From contig MU004187.1 of NCBI GenBank assembly GCA_010093605.1, positions 124,001 to 188,000 on the forward strand: a DNA stretch of 64,000 bases, written 5' to 3'. This stretch comes from Lophium mytilinum (taxonomy: Eukaryota). Shown here in pieces: positions 1 through 15,901 of this stretch. Both the position numbers and the translations under genes were made by a program. The notes under the pieces are model-generated. The model had not been told where the DNA came from and ran no database searches. It was given only the letters and a program-made list of their open reading frames with translations. Numbering within the stretch: position 1 is the stretch's first letter; the number at the start of each line of letters is the position of its first letter.

Positions 1-541
1 GAGACGCCTTGTGGGGTTCAGGGGGCGGTCGCGGGGCAGCAAGCGATGGGGCTGGTGGCACAGGGGATGGGAGATACGGCGAGGGTGGGGGTGTTGGAGA
101 GGATGTGGAAGGAGGTGGAGTAGGAGAGGTGGCGGGGTTGGGTTGGGTATAGCTGGAAGATCGGATTGTGGGAATGGTTTATGGGGAAAACATTCCTGGG
201 AAGCAAGAGGTGGCATGTTAGGCATAAGTTTGGGCACTTCTTGCAAATGCTTCGGGCACCCCGATAGGCCATAAGTTTTTAATGACGATACGAAGGCTGA
301 CACAGCCATTAGACCACGGGTACATCGCTAGCAAGGCTGTCTTACCGCGCACCACGTCCACGGCCACAAGCTCTGCTATTACCGGGCGAACTCAGCAAGC
401 CAGTTTACCAGTAACACTTGTAGTAGCTCCCCTCATAGCTTTTTCTAGAATCTATGCTGAAGTAATGTCGTGAATTGGTTGGATCTTACCACGTGAATAG
501 ATTCACTTGCTCTCTTCGAACTTTCCCCTCTCATCTTTCAG

Positions 542-1903
542 CTACTCTGAATCATCCTCATCAATCCCAAGCTCCATCCCACCCATCCAATCTACCAATC
601 CCTCCTCATCTTCCCACTGCTCTCCCTCCCCTCCATCCCGAGCCACTCCCGCATCTACCGCAGGACAACACCTTGAACACTCCCCCTCACAATCCACCTC
701 CTGCCGATGCCGCCACTCCCAGCCAGTCATAAGATTCACAACGATCTTATTCGCGCCCAGAAATCGTCCCCCCGGCGCAGCGTCCAGCCTTTTCTTCACA
801 GCGAGGAATTTCTGCACGTACACACTCCAGTTCTCAGCCCGCTCACCCCGCAGCATCGCAGCCGTTGGCCCAGTCCAGCTATCCAGTGACCGGTCCAGGG
901 TGATGTCCACGGTGGCGAGCAGCGAGCGCACGTCGTGCTCGTACGCGAGGCGTTGCCTTATGGTGCCAGTGGAGAGAAACAGATCCACTGGAACCTTCAA
1001 TGGGATCCAGACCCTACGCGACACGGGATTCGTCGCAGCTTTCTCAACCTCACGGGCGAGGTAGTAGAGACCTGATGGACGGACTTCCGGCACTGGTTCT
1101 TCCTCCGCGACATCCTCGTTCTCGAAGAGCTCCGTCGCCGTCGCGTCGGTATCCTCGCCGTACGCAGCCTCGAAAGCGTCCTCGTCCTCCTCTTCAACTG
1201 CAGCCTCCTGCTCAGCCTCTGCGGCCAAACCCGCCGCCGTTTCTCTCGCTATATCCGCAACCTCCCTCCCCTCCTCTCCGGGGAGTTTCACCACCCCCTT
1301 TCCCGCGGGTACCCCTCTAAGCGCTAGAAACGGCAAAAGCACATTCACCAAATTCGAGTCGCCAGCATCAAACTGCAGCACCGACCGCAACCCAAACACG
1401 ACAGGCCGGTCCGGCATCCGGCTCCACTCACACCGGCCCCCTCTCCCCGTGCCATCAATTACCACCGGCGGCAGCGGCGCGGGTGAGTTATTCAACACCC
1501 CCACAAATGCTGCGATATTCCGCCGTATGAGGAGGAGGCGTCCCGCATCGTCTTCCCTTGGCGGGTTGACAGCGATCCTGATCTCCGAGCAGAAAGAAAA
1601 GTCAGGCTTCTCCCACTCCTCGCGGAACGCCCAGGGCGGGTGGTTCGAGGACCAGCCGGTCGCGGTGATGAGGATGTGCAGGGTGCGGTTGTTGCGGTGG
1701 AGCTCTTCGATTTCGCGCCAGATGGAGCGGGAGGCCCGGGCTGCGCCGGCGGGGATGTAGGGGTCGTGGTGGGTGGTGTGGAGGAGGCGCGGGGGTGTGG
1801 TGATGTGGGAGCAGTAAGGGAAGGGGAGGTAGGAGTAGATTTGCCAGCGGAGCTCGAGCGGTAGTTTGTTTAAGGTGCCGAGGGCGAGGTCGGCGAAGGG
1901 CAT
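542..1903 (-). CDS. Hypothetical protein with N-terminal F-box-like motif
   Basis: Intact 453-aa ORF. The N-terminus LGTLNKLPLELRWQIYSYL matches the fungal F-box-like LPxElRxxIy pattern. It has an acidic middle and a Cys cluster (CEGECSRCC) near the C-terminus. Confidence 0.7.
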   Translation of the reverse strand: MPFADLALGTLNKLPLELRWQIYSYLPFPYCSHITTPPRLLHTTHHDPYIPAGAARASRSIWREIEELHRNNRTLHILITATGWSSNHPPWAFREEWEKPDFSFCSEIRIAVNPPREDDAGRLLLIRRNIAAFVGVLNNSPAPLPPVVIDGTGRGGRCEWSRMPDRPVVFGLRSVLQFDAGDSNLVNVLLPFLALRGVPAGKGVVKLPGEEGREVADIARETAAGLAAEAEQEAAVEEEDEDAFEAAYGEDTDATATELFENEDVAEEEPVPEVRPSGLYYLAREVEKAATNPVSRRVWIPLKVPVDLFLSTGTIRQRLAYEHDVRSLLATVDITLDRSLDSWTGPTAAMLRGERAENWSVYVQKFLAVKKRLDAAPGGRFLGANKIVVNLMTGWEWRHRQEVDCEGECSRCCPAVDAGVARDGGEGEQWEDEEGLVDWMGGMELGIDEDDSE

Positions 1904-2887
1904 TTTGAGGGTTGGAGAACGGGCAGAGTATTAGAGGAATTGGATAGGAGATAGAGGTTTGAAGGTAAACGAAGAGAAGGGAGAAGTCCAATTAAAAGAC
2001 GAAAGTTTTAGGTTCGGATTATGATTATGACCCTAGCTTTAAGTACCTTGCAGATATCTGTGATAGATGCGCGGGGTTTATGATGACTCAGAGAACTAGA
2101 CTTATAAGAGATGGTAGAGATGACTCTAGAGTACGGCTCAGGCAACAATATACACATGTAGCTGCCGGGTTCAGGATAATCACCGTGTGTAGAAAGATGT
2201 GGTGTAGCTGCGCCACGATGTCTGAGCTTGGTGTTGAAGCTGAAAAGCACAGGCTAGAAAAGGGGTTAGAAACATGGCGCACGGACCAGGAGGCTAAGAT
2301 ATGAAATGTTGTGACTCGGAATCTATTAGTGCTTGCTTACTGGAAGCTCATTGTTTTTGTTTTCGAGAAGTTTGATAGAGCATATTGTAGTGCTTACGAG
2401 GTTTTGTGGACAGGAGATCGGCGTTTGGGGCCTGCAGACTGCCCTGCATACGACAAACAGATGGTGGGTTGAAACCGCATGCATGACGCACAACATCTCA
2501 AACAAACGTTCAAGTTGAGCAGGAAGAAAGTCTGTGCGGCATCAAAGGCGCAGCAGTGGAGCGAAAGATGCATGATATGCACGTCGTCATCACGTGACGC
2601 TAGACCTCATCCGCCGATCTCGGGGACGTCGCGGAAACATCCCACAGCGGATTCTTCACAACGACATTGCTTTTATGTACCAAAAGAAAGAAAATACGAT
2701 CATGTGGGTAGAGGTTTCTTCATTGCGCATGGAAAAGATCATCAGTGCTCAAGGAAGCTAGATACAGAATCCAATGTGTCTCCGCAGCCTCTCTGCCGCG
2801 CTCGCAGCTCCACGAGCTTGCTGAGCCATCTCCTCCAGAGCTTTTCTTCCCTTCCGAGTCTATCTAGTCGGGCCATTTCAGCTTGAT

Positions 2888-3724
<837 letters not shown>

Positions 3725-5067
3725 TCAAGGTGGTGTTAAGTAGGTGAGGTGAGGGGTGAAAAGGAATGATGGAGGGGCAGGTGAAGAAACAGCTCAACGA
3801 TTGCTTTTGGGTCGGAGCCGGCGGTGACGTGGGCTGGCTTTGACATGCACCGGGGCGTCATAAAGCCCACCTAGAGCCATGGCTGGCAACATCAATTGGT
3901 CAATGGCAGGCTGATTGATTGCTGACCCACGCCGGTCCCGCGGCGGCCGGCTGGATTCAGACAAGGGAGATGGCGGGACGCCGAGGGTTTGAACTTTGGA
4001 AGCGCGAGGTGGGGTGGTGAGGGGCAACACCACCTGCTGGGCACGCAGTATCTTCGGGGAAAGATGCCGCTTTTACCAGCCCCGTGTGCCAGTGACTTGA
4101 AGAAACGCAACGCCACGCTTCTCCACGCAGGGCCGGAGAACCTCAGGCCTCGTTATTCAAACAGTCCCCCACTCGATAATGAGGCCTTTGTGCCTGATAA
4201 TGCCTCCTCTGCTGACTTGAGAAGCTCTTCCCACCGTACACTACCAATGCCCAGCCCGTTATATTGGTCAACGCTCAGTCATCTTGCAAGACCATGACTA
4301 ACTCTTTACACCATCATGGTGCTGGCTGTTCGTTCCAGACTCCGCATTCCCGATCATGTGTTTGGGGGTTAACGGCATGCAGAAGTAGGTAGTAAGGTTT
4401 GCACTGCAGGGACACCACCCCTGCTCTACATATGCGACCCTTTGATACCAGAGACTTCTTCCTGGGATAGCCCAGTCAGAGTACATCGAGATCAAGCAAG
4501 AGCTCCGAGCACGATCTCGCTTGAAGAGCTCTAAGATTTCACGTGAAGTTGTTTGAATCTGCTCAAGTCCTCTGAACAGCGATTTTGGAGTATCCATACT
4601 GCCGACTGTGACACTGCAGCTTCGAAGTCCCACTTTCAGCCCTTGCCTAATTCAAGGCCTCCATCTGGTGTCCTCAGACAGCCACCTCAAATCAGCTCAC
4701 TGGAAGAAGTATAGAAACTACAGGCTGCCGCCCGGTACCTCAGCCTATTATCACTACGTGCAAAGCCACAAGAACATATACCTAATTTAGGACCTCAAAA
4801 CATACCCGAAGTCACTTGCAGGGTATACAGATGGTGGAGCACGATCGCTCTCGTGTAGTTTTCTCATGCCAGGCTCATTACCCCTACCCTATCTTATCCA
4901 TGTCCAGGCACAGAGCTACCTGCAACAAAAGTCAGATATCAAGAGCTCGTATTACCTGGCCCATGCCCGCATTCATTGTATCAAATGGCCGTAGCTAGAT
5001 GCAACTTGCAGCCCAGAGCATCCGCATATGGACTACCACAAGGCAACAAATGCCATCCTTTCACACA

Positions 5068-8000
5068 TTACTGGGCCTGCTGCTGCACTTGCGGCGGCTG
5101 GTTCTCTCCCTGTCCGCCTCGACCTCTACCTCTTGGTCCACGCCCACCTCGTCCACCCCTGAAATCACCTCGCGGGCCGCCTCTTCCGCGTCCTCTCATG
5201 TTATCCAACTGAGGAGGCGGTGGGGCATTGGTATACGACTTCGGTCTGAAATTCGGGTTGTTCTCCACCACTCCCTCCAACGGATCAGTGTTGTCGACAG
5301 GGGCGAATCCGCGTCCATTCGCTGCGCCGCCACGACCACGAGGCACGAAGGCTGATGCCTGGCCGCGAGGCGCGAAACCACCGCCTCGTCCACCACGGGG
5401 GTTAAAGGGCAGGGTTTGAGTATGCGGAGTACCGTTGCTGTTGCCGTTCAGATTGTTGTCGAACCCTCCTCTGCCTCCTCTTCCACCACCGCGGAAGTTG
5501 CCGTTAGCATGGCCCGCTACTGCTCCACGGAAGGAGCCTCGCAGAGGTCCTGGGTTGGCCGCTGGAACAAGCTGGCCGTAGCCTCCAGGACCGAGTGGGG
5601 CTCCATAACGTGGCTGCTGAGCGGTGAGGGGTTGAGCTGTTTGCTGGGGGTGCTTCGCTAGGCCAGCCGGCGACCAGGCGACGACCTGTTTTTCCGAGAG
5701 GTTTAGGACCGATGTCATGGGAACTGTTGATCCTCTGAATGGAGAGCAACGCTCGCCGAGCGTAGTACCACTCATGAAAGTGGTGTCGAAAACGATATCC
5801 AGTAGTGTCGTTCGCGAAGTGCGTGTCAGTCCCACGACAGTACCGCGCTGTCCGATCGGAACCCGACCGGAGTCCTGAACATACACGACCCTGTCACCTA
5901 GATAGAACTTCTGGTTACCAACACGTTGTTCGGCATCCGAGGGCTTGAGAAGAGCGCTTCTCGGAACACCCTTGAGCTTCTTAGGTTCCGGTGGCGACCC
6001 ACTCGCCAGAGCTTCGTCCGCCGCCCTCTCAATAAGCCCTACCACGTCTGAGTCGAGCTGTGCCGCCTCCAGCGGGACCTTCTCGAAGCTCTTGGACTCG
6101 ATCGACTTCAACCAAGCCCCGATCTCCTTCATCTTCTCCTTAGCAACTTCCTCTGGGTAGAAGTTCTTGTCTTCGTAGATGTCGCCCTTCGGGTTCCGCA
6201 TTATTCCAGCAATGAACTCCGGGAACTTGATCATGTATTGCGCAATTAGGTCGATTGCTTTCTGAGAATACTCCCATCCGGTATCGCCCTTGCGAGAATA
6301 CCCCAGGACCTTAAGTTTCTTGGCCTCAAACTTCAAATTGAGTCCAAGATTTAGACGCAGTCCACTCGATTGGACCGAGAAAGACGACGTGAGTTTGCTG
6401 AGCACCAACGGATTAAGGTTGAGCATCCTAGCGACAGCAAAGGAAGGCGTGTAAGGTGTAGTTAGCTCGGAGCGGTGGGCGATTTCTCGGCCAAATTCGC
6501 GTTCAGCAGTCTTCGACGTCAAGACCCAAACAGTAGCCTTCCCATCTGCGTGGCTAATAACTTCCAAAGGCCTACCATACGCGTAGTCCCCCAAGAAGAA
6601 CGCCCTGGAACCCTCTGGGAATTCTTGTTCGATGGGGAGGGCGGCTTTCTCAATGAACCGTTGATCCTCGTTGATCACTTCGTCCACGATTGCCTGAGTC
6701 GCATAGTCCGTTTCCATTCCAGGAATGATACCATACTCCTTAATCGTAGCGCCGTCTTCAGTCTTTTTGAGCCCTAACAGCATTTCGACATGCACGAGGG
6801 ACTCGACGTCTCCAATAACCATACCGAGTCGTCTGCTATACGTGTTCTCGATCCTGTCGGCTTTCTTTTTCCAATTCGAGATTTCTTGTGGTCCATGAGG
6901 AATGGCAACAGGCTGCGGCGGTCCTTGCTCCGGCAAAACGTAATCAAACAGTTCGTCGGAAACCTTCACCACCTTCGCCTCCTGCAAGAACGGATACCCA
7001 ATATGAATGCTTCTTCCCAGTTTCTCTTGGGCTTTTGTGACCTTCCCTCGCAGATCTGTATCCAACAGCGTGACCACCATGCTCTCATTCCTGCTCTCTT
7101 GCTGGAACACGCTGACTCCATGAAATCCAAGCTCCCCGTGGAAAGGAAGGACTTTAAGACTTGGGAACCCAGCAAGTGAAGCTGCACCCAAGTTGACGCC
7201 CTCCATTAGGCCAACGAAAACTTCCAGCCCTTCCATGGTGGGCAGCTCGAATATGTTCTCGACGCAATGGCAATTCGGAAGATCCGGAAAGATACCTGGG
7301 AGGGAGGACTCGTAAGTGTAGTTCTCATCTTTCTGGTAGGTAAACTTGAGGGATACCCCAAATTCGTTTCTAGCAACTTCGTCCGGCGTGAGCAAGTGCT
7401 CTACGGTGCCCATAGCATCCAGCAGTCTCTTCTCCTCTATGAAAGGAATCTTGACAACAGCTTCCCATTCCATCTTCTTGCCATTCATATCGAGCTCAAA
7501 ATCTCGAGGATAGAAATCGATAATCGGTGAATTCGGATTCGTCATTAGATCGTGATATATCGCAGGCACAATCTTCTTGCTTCGATCTGGAAGAACTCCC
7601 ATTAGCTGCTGATAAGGCCGGAAAGGCTGTCCCAGGGTGAAATTCATGTTTGCTCCAAGCCCTTTCTTCACGTCTGTAAATAATTAGCTGAGTTTCAGAT
7701 CGTACTACTGATTAGTCTCACCTGAGATCATTGGCGCGTAATGATACTGATAGAACCACGGCCAAGATGCTACTCCACGGTAGTAGTAATAGAGAACCCA
7801 CTGCAGTCCCTGGACATAGTTCTCTGTTAGCTTTCGCACCTCTTCTTCATTGTCGAGGCCCCATTCGAATTTCGTGGTGTAGTGTTGGTTTTTCCAAGCT
7901 TGGAACTTTTCCTCGTACTTTTTCTCCATAGCAACCTGGGCTTCTTCGGGCGAAATATCGACTACTTTCGCGTCTTCGTATCGCTTCAGCACTCTCAGCA

Positions 8001-9477
8001 GTGCGTTTTGCGACTCTTCGTCCTCTTCGCTCTCACTCTCGTCTTCTTCAGCACCAAGCTTTGGAGGGAACGAGAGTTGAAGATGGCGCTCGCCCTGGTC
8101 GTTTTCGATGGTCTTCCATTTGAGGTGGAGACCGTCTGCAAGATCTTCTACAAACTTGCGATCGCGAGCCGGAAGAGTGGATGGAAGATCGAAGGGCTTT
8201 AGAACCGAGGTTGCGAGTCGTTTGTTGACAAACTTCTTGATCTTCATAAAGATCTCCCGCTGTTCGGTGGAGATCACTAGCTGTCCCTTCTTCTTCGTCC
8301 GCTCCATAACATCCTCCTTGCCCAGTTGCTTTCCTTTGAACCAACTGGCATCCGCGTTTTCCGATTCGAAGAACCGATACTCCACATGAGATAGCTCGTC
8401 TAGAAGAATGAGCAGTCGGTCAAGATGGATTACGCCGCCTTCATTAATGTAGCCTTTCGCTTTTGGTAATACCGCTTTGTATACGCCGAACATGAGAGCA
8501 AGTGCACCCTCGTTGATGTGAAGATGTGGAAGATTAGGAAGAAAATCGTTGCCCACAAAGAACGCCATGAGAATGAAATCGTCAATGACTCGCTCCATGT
8601 CGAATGGAAAGTCGAGGGCTCCAGGCTCCTCCAGTTCTTGGAACTCCAGTTCCAGGTACTCGCGAACGACGCAAAGATGCATGAGGTAGAAATTTTGGTG
8701 CTCCAATTCCTTGGACTTCTTCTGGTTCTGCCGACCAAAGGTGACTTCCTCGCGCAGCAAACAGAAATGGGGGTCGTGGCTAAGAAGCCCCAACATGATA
8801 AGATCGGCATCTAGTCCGTAAAGACAATGACGTCTATTCGGGTCGTAGTTCGGCTGGGACTTGGCCTGCCGAATGTATTCCATAATTTTGTGTTCTCCTT
8901 CACCAGGGACCTCGTGTCCAGAGAGAACTATCTCCACGCCTTGCCAATCAGTGTCCTCTGTGACCTTCTTGCTGATGAAGTACTTCAGCTGCTTCGTCAG
9001 CTTCGCCATAAACTCGGTACCGGGAGTGATGCAGTTGCTGTCGAAAGCTTCCTCCTTCGGCATCTCGACGCCCTCGCGGATAGCCTTCTCCCTGGCTTGT
9101 TCGGCATCCAGAGCAGTGCGGAATCGACGAGCGCGCTGTTGGTTCATCTTCGCGCGGGGGGCGACGCCGTCGATTGCCATGAAGAACATCTGCTTCGGCT
9201 TGATCTTGCCGAAGAGGTGCTCGATGTAGTTGAAAATCGCAATGAACTGCTTGTCCTCGGTCATGCGGAAGGTGGCCGAATCAGAATCATTGTGAGTACA
9301 GTTGTGGATGATACCGTTCATGTCCAACTAGAAGGAGACGTTAGCGAGAGATGGATACTCGATGGCGGCGCAGCCTACGTAGAGGCAGTCGAACTCAGGT
9401 ATCCGGTTCTCCGCAATGAGCTGCGAAATTGCCGGATACCGCTCCGACATCCACCTGAAGAATTTTGGGACACCCAT
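5068..9477 (-). CDS. XRN1: 5'-3' exoribonuclease 1
   Basis: ATG at 9477 gives MGVPKFFRWMSERYP. Introns 9378-9328 and 7721-7674 (GT..AG) join the LDMNGIIH, AIDGVAPRAKMNQQR, PGEGEHKI and YGLDADLIML motifs. RGG-rich C-terminal tail. Confidence 0.97.
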
Positions 9478-9762
9478 GACGAAAGCGCAAACCGCTGTCT
9501 TGGTTGGGGTTGTCGAGCTGTCGGTGCCTGGTGCGGTGAGGAGCAGTTGGAGCTGTCTTTAGAGGTGAGCTCCGAAGAGACAAAGGTAAGAAGAGTAGCG
9601 AAAAGAGGAAGAAGGCAGCTCGAAGCGCCTGCGAGTGTGTCGGGCGAAGGATGGGAGAAGGGCAGATTCTTGACTCTGTGGTCTTCAAAGGGCGGAGGAA
9701 GCTCGCGGCGGCGTAACGTTGAAGTGGGCTGGCGGCTTAGCGCCGTCACGTGCCGTCGATGA

Positions 9763-11468
<1,706 letters not shown>

Positions 11469-11537
11469 CCTCGGCCTCAAGCCCGCTCCATGGTTCCCAC
11501 ACTTCTGTATATCCCTTGACTAACTGAGAGCCTGTAG

Positions 11538-11654
11538 GCTCTTGACAGTGTCGAAATTACTTCGGACGACTCAGCTGAATCCGAGGTTGCTCAACTCCGT
11601 TCTGGGAAGGTCTTTCGGCCCAAGCCCCTCGAAGAAGCGGACGACTCAGTTTGA
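11538..11654 (+). other. Candidate alternative terminal exon of HAT2 (38 aa)
   Basis: Branch site TGACTAAC (11517-11524) and TAG acceptor (11535-11537) precede an open frame that is in phase with a possible AAG|GTGAAT donor at 11442. Confidence 0.45.
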
Positions 11655-12180
11655 GCTTTTTGCTGAAATAGCACCCTGATAAAAGGAGTTTTTTGCACCT
11701 CTCTGGATCGCCTTCAGCTTCTTGTCGGCTTGAAAAAGGAATGGACAGGAGGTCTGGTTGAGGGCCACGGCGTTTTGATAGATACCCAGCATAGGGTCAA
11801 TGGCATTTCGGTTCACCTGAGTCCGCTTGTTTGACACTGTGTGAAGTCCTTCGACAGCGTACAACCAATCGCGATCTGTTCGCCTGGGCACTTGCTTATT
11901 CACCGCCTAAAGTCATTCAGCAGAGTCAACATAATCAGCTTCGCGAAGTTACGAATACACCCGCAGAGACAAAGATCAAGATCAACGGTAATAAAATGTC
12001 TTAATGCAACTCCTATCTCAACAGCCCAGCCCCGCCTAGCCAGCCAGCAAAGAGACGGAATAAATGATCATCCCCCCTCTCCAGTCTTGATCATAATTGT
12101 CGATATACACAGAGAGAAAGCCAACCCCCAACGCTTTGGTACAAAACACACCCGCCAAAGAAAGCAAATTAAGATGAAGT

Positions 12181-15100
12181 TCAATGCACCACAAGCGGCC
12201 TCCCCCCATCCGCACCCTCGCTCTTCAGCCGCTTCACATCCCGCTCCGGCTCTGCCTTCTCATCCGCGCGCCGCTTTTCGCCCTCGCGCCTCGCGCTCTC
12301 GTCCCGCGCCGCCCGCCGTCGCGCGTCTTTCTCAGTCTTCTCGCGCTCCTTCTTGTCAACCTTCTCGCGCTCCTTCCGCAGCGCCTTCATCTCAAACTCG
12401 TGCCAGTCGCCTTCGAGCAACTTGAGCGCGGTCGCTCGCTCCGGCTGTGGCTCCTCAGTTGTGAAGTACGGGTGCTCGAGGACGTCACTCGCGCTGGGCC
12501 GCGCGGCGGGGTCGAACTGGAACATACCCTGAAGCAGTTCGAAAGCATCCGGCGTGACGCGCTCGCGGTACTTTTCAGCAAACGTGCTAGCCTTGCGCTC
12601 CGTCGGGCGCAGCAGCTCAAACCACTGCATATCCACAACGCCAGGCCATTCGGCAATGGTTGGTGTACCAAGGATTTTGTAGATCCTGTCGAGCTGGTTG
12701 ATCTCGCCACCGTCGCCGGGGAAGATGGCGTGCCTAGTGAATATCTCAACGAGGACGCAGGCGGCGCTCCAAATATCAACGGCGGGGCCATACTGGGTCT
12801 CGCCAAGCAGGAGCTCTGGCGATCGGTACCAGATTGTGACCACGCGGTTGGTATAATCGAGTTTTGAGCTGCGCTTGGCGTAGAAACGTGCCAGGCCGAA
12901 ATCGGCGAGTTTGAGTTGTCCTTCGTTGCTAACGAGGATGTTGGCTGCTTTGATATCGCGATGTAGTACGCCTCGGCGATGGAGGTAGTCGAGGCCCTCG
13001 AAGAGCTGCTTGGCCAGATCCTTTTTGTGAGAATTTTCGAGCTTGAAGGTAGGATGGTTGAGAAGACCTGTGAGGTCGTGGGAAAGGTACTCAAAAACCA
13101 TGAAACAATCATTCTTTTCCACCATGACCTCGTGTAGCTTAACAACATTGTCATGGTTAAGAGATTGGAGGAGCTTGATTTCTCGAATTGCCGTGACCGG
13201 GAACTAATATTAGGTTAGCTTTTGTTGTGAATCGTGATAGTGGTCTACTCACCCCATCGCGTTCGTCATTCATTCGAATCTTCTTGAGAGCTACCATGTC
13301 GTTAGTATAGACATGTATGCCCTTGAAGACTTTGCCATAGGTTCCAGAGCCTATTAGAGATTCATCTCCAGGCTTTCGATAGTAAACGGAATCTGAGGCA
13401 GCGAAAGCTGTCGACAGTGTTGGCCGTGGCTTCATCCGCATCCTCTTTACGATCTTCATCCTAGGTGGCTCAGGTTCCGCACGACGTTCCGGCCGGACAT
13501 CGACCTTCGGCTCGATTCGCCGCGCCGGCCAAGGCTCTCTCCGATCTCGTGTATCCCTTGTGTCTCGTAGATCTCTGTCTCTTGAATCCCGATATTCTCT
13601 GTCCCTAGGGTCACGAGAATCCCGAACGTCTCGCGAATCCCGATAGTCCCTAGAATCTCTCGAGCCTCTCGAGTCCCTCATCATTTCCGAGAAGTCTGGC
13701 CTGAAAGCAGATTTCGCCTCATACCGAGTGTCATGGTCTCTGTCATACCGCCGGTCCCGATCTCGCTCCCTATCTCGATCCCGGTCACGGTCCCGTTCTC
13801 GGTCTCGTTCGCGTTCTCGATCGAGCCTAAGGTCGGAAGACTTGGAGGCATGTGGAGGAGCGGGCTTGGCTTTGGAGTCAAGGATGGACTCCGACCGAAG
13901 CTTGTCGGGGAGCTCCGGCCTTGATGCTGCGATGACCGCAGGCGGAAGTGGAACCTTTGTTTTCAATGAAAACCCAAACTTCGGTCCAGTCTGAGGCGAC
14001 GTCGCCGTATTGGGCTTGCCTGGTGGTGGCATATTTTTCTCTTCTTTGGCGACCTCGTCTTCTACCCTGAGATCTTTTGAAGGCCTGAAGGGATTGTCTT
14101 CTTCGTCATCGGCGGCTACGGAAGAGTCTGGGATCGGCTGAGGGGTCACAGGTGTTACAGTTTGGCCTGTTTGTGCAACGGTGGAACGGACCTTGTTGTC
14201 GACGGCTGGGCGGCCTCCTCTCGTCCCAGTCGAAGGGGTCCAGGATAGATTGCTGAATTGTCCACGGCTACCGCCTCGTGTAGACTGAGCTGGTGGGAAA
14301 CTCTGAGTCGGGGTAGGGTACCGTCGATCAGGAGTGGTGTAATGATTGCCACGATAGCCACTAGTATGCCCACCACGGTAAGAAGGGTTTTGGAAGCCCG
14401 GTTGTACTGGTTGCTGAGGGGCATATGGTTGACCAGGATAATACCCACCTTGAGGGGTGCCTGGGGAGTAGCTATGTGGATATGGTGACTGATTAGGGGA
14501 GTAGCCATGCATAGGAGATCTTGAGTTCGTTAGCGAATAGTTCTGGTGGAAAATATGAGAGGAGTCCTACCCTTGCTGGCTTCCATAGTGTTGCTGGCCA
14601 CCCCAGCCGCCACGCGCATTGTAGGGCGATTGGCCTTGCGGCGGCGATATGTGTGTTGGAGTCATATACGGTGGGGAGTGAGAATAGTTGGACCCGGCGT
14701 CGGCTGGAGGTCGTGGCGGACGCCCTTGCGCCTGGTAAGGATCCCTCATCTTGGCGTCCCGGTCGGACGATTTTTGAGTGTCAGCGTTGTGAACAGAGGC
14801 TGGTCGCGGGGAGCCTCTACGAGATATATTATTGTTTGCTCGCACTGGCTTTGCAGGTTCGCGGTCTTTGTCTGATCGAGCCGGTGGCCTGGTTCGAGGG
14901 GGAGATCTGGTGCGATTACGGCGACGGTGTGGCGAGACGCGAGATGGATATGCCCTTGGGGAGCGTTCCCGATCACGCCTCGGAGGTGGAGACAACCGAT
15001 TCTTCGCACGTGGCGGCGAAAGCGATCTTCTATAGCGTGGTGACCGTGATCGTGCAAAAGATCTCGATGGACGAGCGCTATTCTCCCGCCCTCGATGTGT

Positions 15101-15901
15101 GTCCCGCTCCGACCCTTTATGTGCCCTACCTCTATCCTCAACAGACGGCGAGCGTCTTTTGGAAGTATGGTGCCTCCTGGGCGAGTATCGGCGAGGAGAT
15201 AGGTCACGTCGAGCTGGCCTTCGGTCAGGCGAGGGCGATCGTTTGCGAGGTTTCGGAGGAGGGGGCCTGTAGCGCGAATCAACGGATCTCGAACGCCGGC
15301 GTATCGACGAGGGCTTGTAGGTATCCGGCGAGCTTCGTCTTTCTATGCCGCGATCAGAACGAGGGGGTCGTGGTGAGTATGCCCTGTCGGTGGCTCTGCG
15401 GGATGAATCCGGGTGTCGGGACCTGGATGGCGACCTCTCTCCGCTGCGACTCCTGTAACGCTTGGTCCGCTTCGTAGAATCCCTCGGTGGCGACGGCGTG
15501 ATGCTGCGTCGTCGTTTGGCCGATGGAGGCGACTGATGGCGATGGTGTTTGTGTGAATGCGATGGCCTCTCTTCGCTGGGCAATCGTCCCCTCGTCGGCC
15601 TGTATCTGTCGTCCCGGTTGCCTCGCGGCGACGGTGAATCCCTAGCACGACTGTGTCGGCGCGGTCTGGTCCTGCTGAGGCTCCTGTCCCGGGAGTGCTG
15701 TCTGTGATGCTTTGACGATGAAGGGTGGTCGGAGTCGTGGTGCCGTTTGGTGTTCCTATCGTGGTCGTCTCGCCCACGGCGTCCCACCAGCTCACGCTCC
15801 CTCGAATCGCGACGCTGCAGCGGTCGCTCACGATCTCTGTCCCTGATAGACGATTCCTCTGGTCTCCACTGATCTATCTGGGAGTTGCGCGACCCAGCCA
15901 T
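12181..15901 (-). CDS. CTK1: RNA polymerase II CTD kinase subunit alpha (Ctk1/Lsk1, CDK12-like) with RS/RD-rich N-terminus
   Basis: GSGTYGKV, DG|FPVTAIRE, HRDIKAANIL, DFGLAR and YTNRVVTIWYR motifs. Introns 14570-14520 and 13252-13204. Long Arg/Ser-rich N-terminal exon. Confidence 0.93.

Noticed and set aside
18..272. 84-aa Cys-containing minus-strand ORF
   Set aside because: No family motif. The composition looks like a pyrimidine-rich 5' leader of a gene outside the window.
3750..4025. STRE-like AGGGG pentamers upstream of the mannitol dehydrogenase
   Set aside because: Five-base motifs are expected by chance in a C-rich leader and cannot be supported from sequence alone.
8827..9762. 311-aa plus-strand ORF
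   Set aside because: Antisense shadow of XRN1 with no recognisable motifs. The same applies to the many antisense ORFs over CTK1, AACS, ADE1 and PP4R2.
13500..13830. RD/RE dipeptide and DSRD repeats in CTK1
   Set aside because: Low-complexity mixed-charge tracts are ordinary for CDK12/Ctk1-type kinases.
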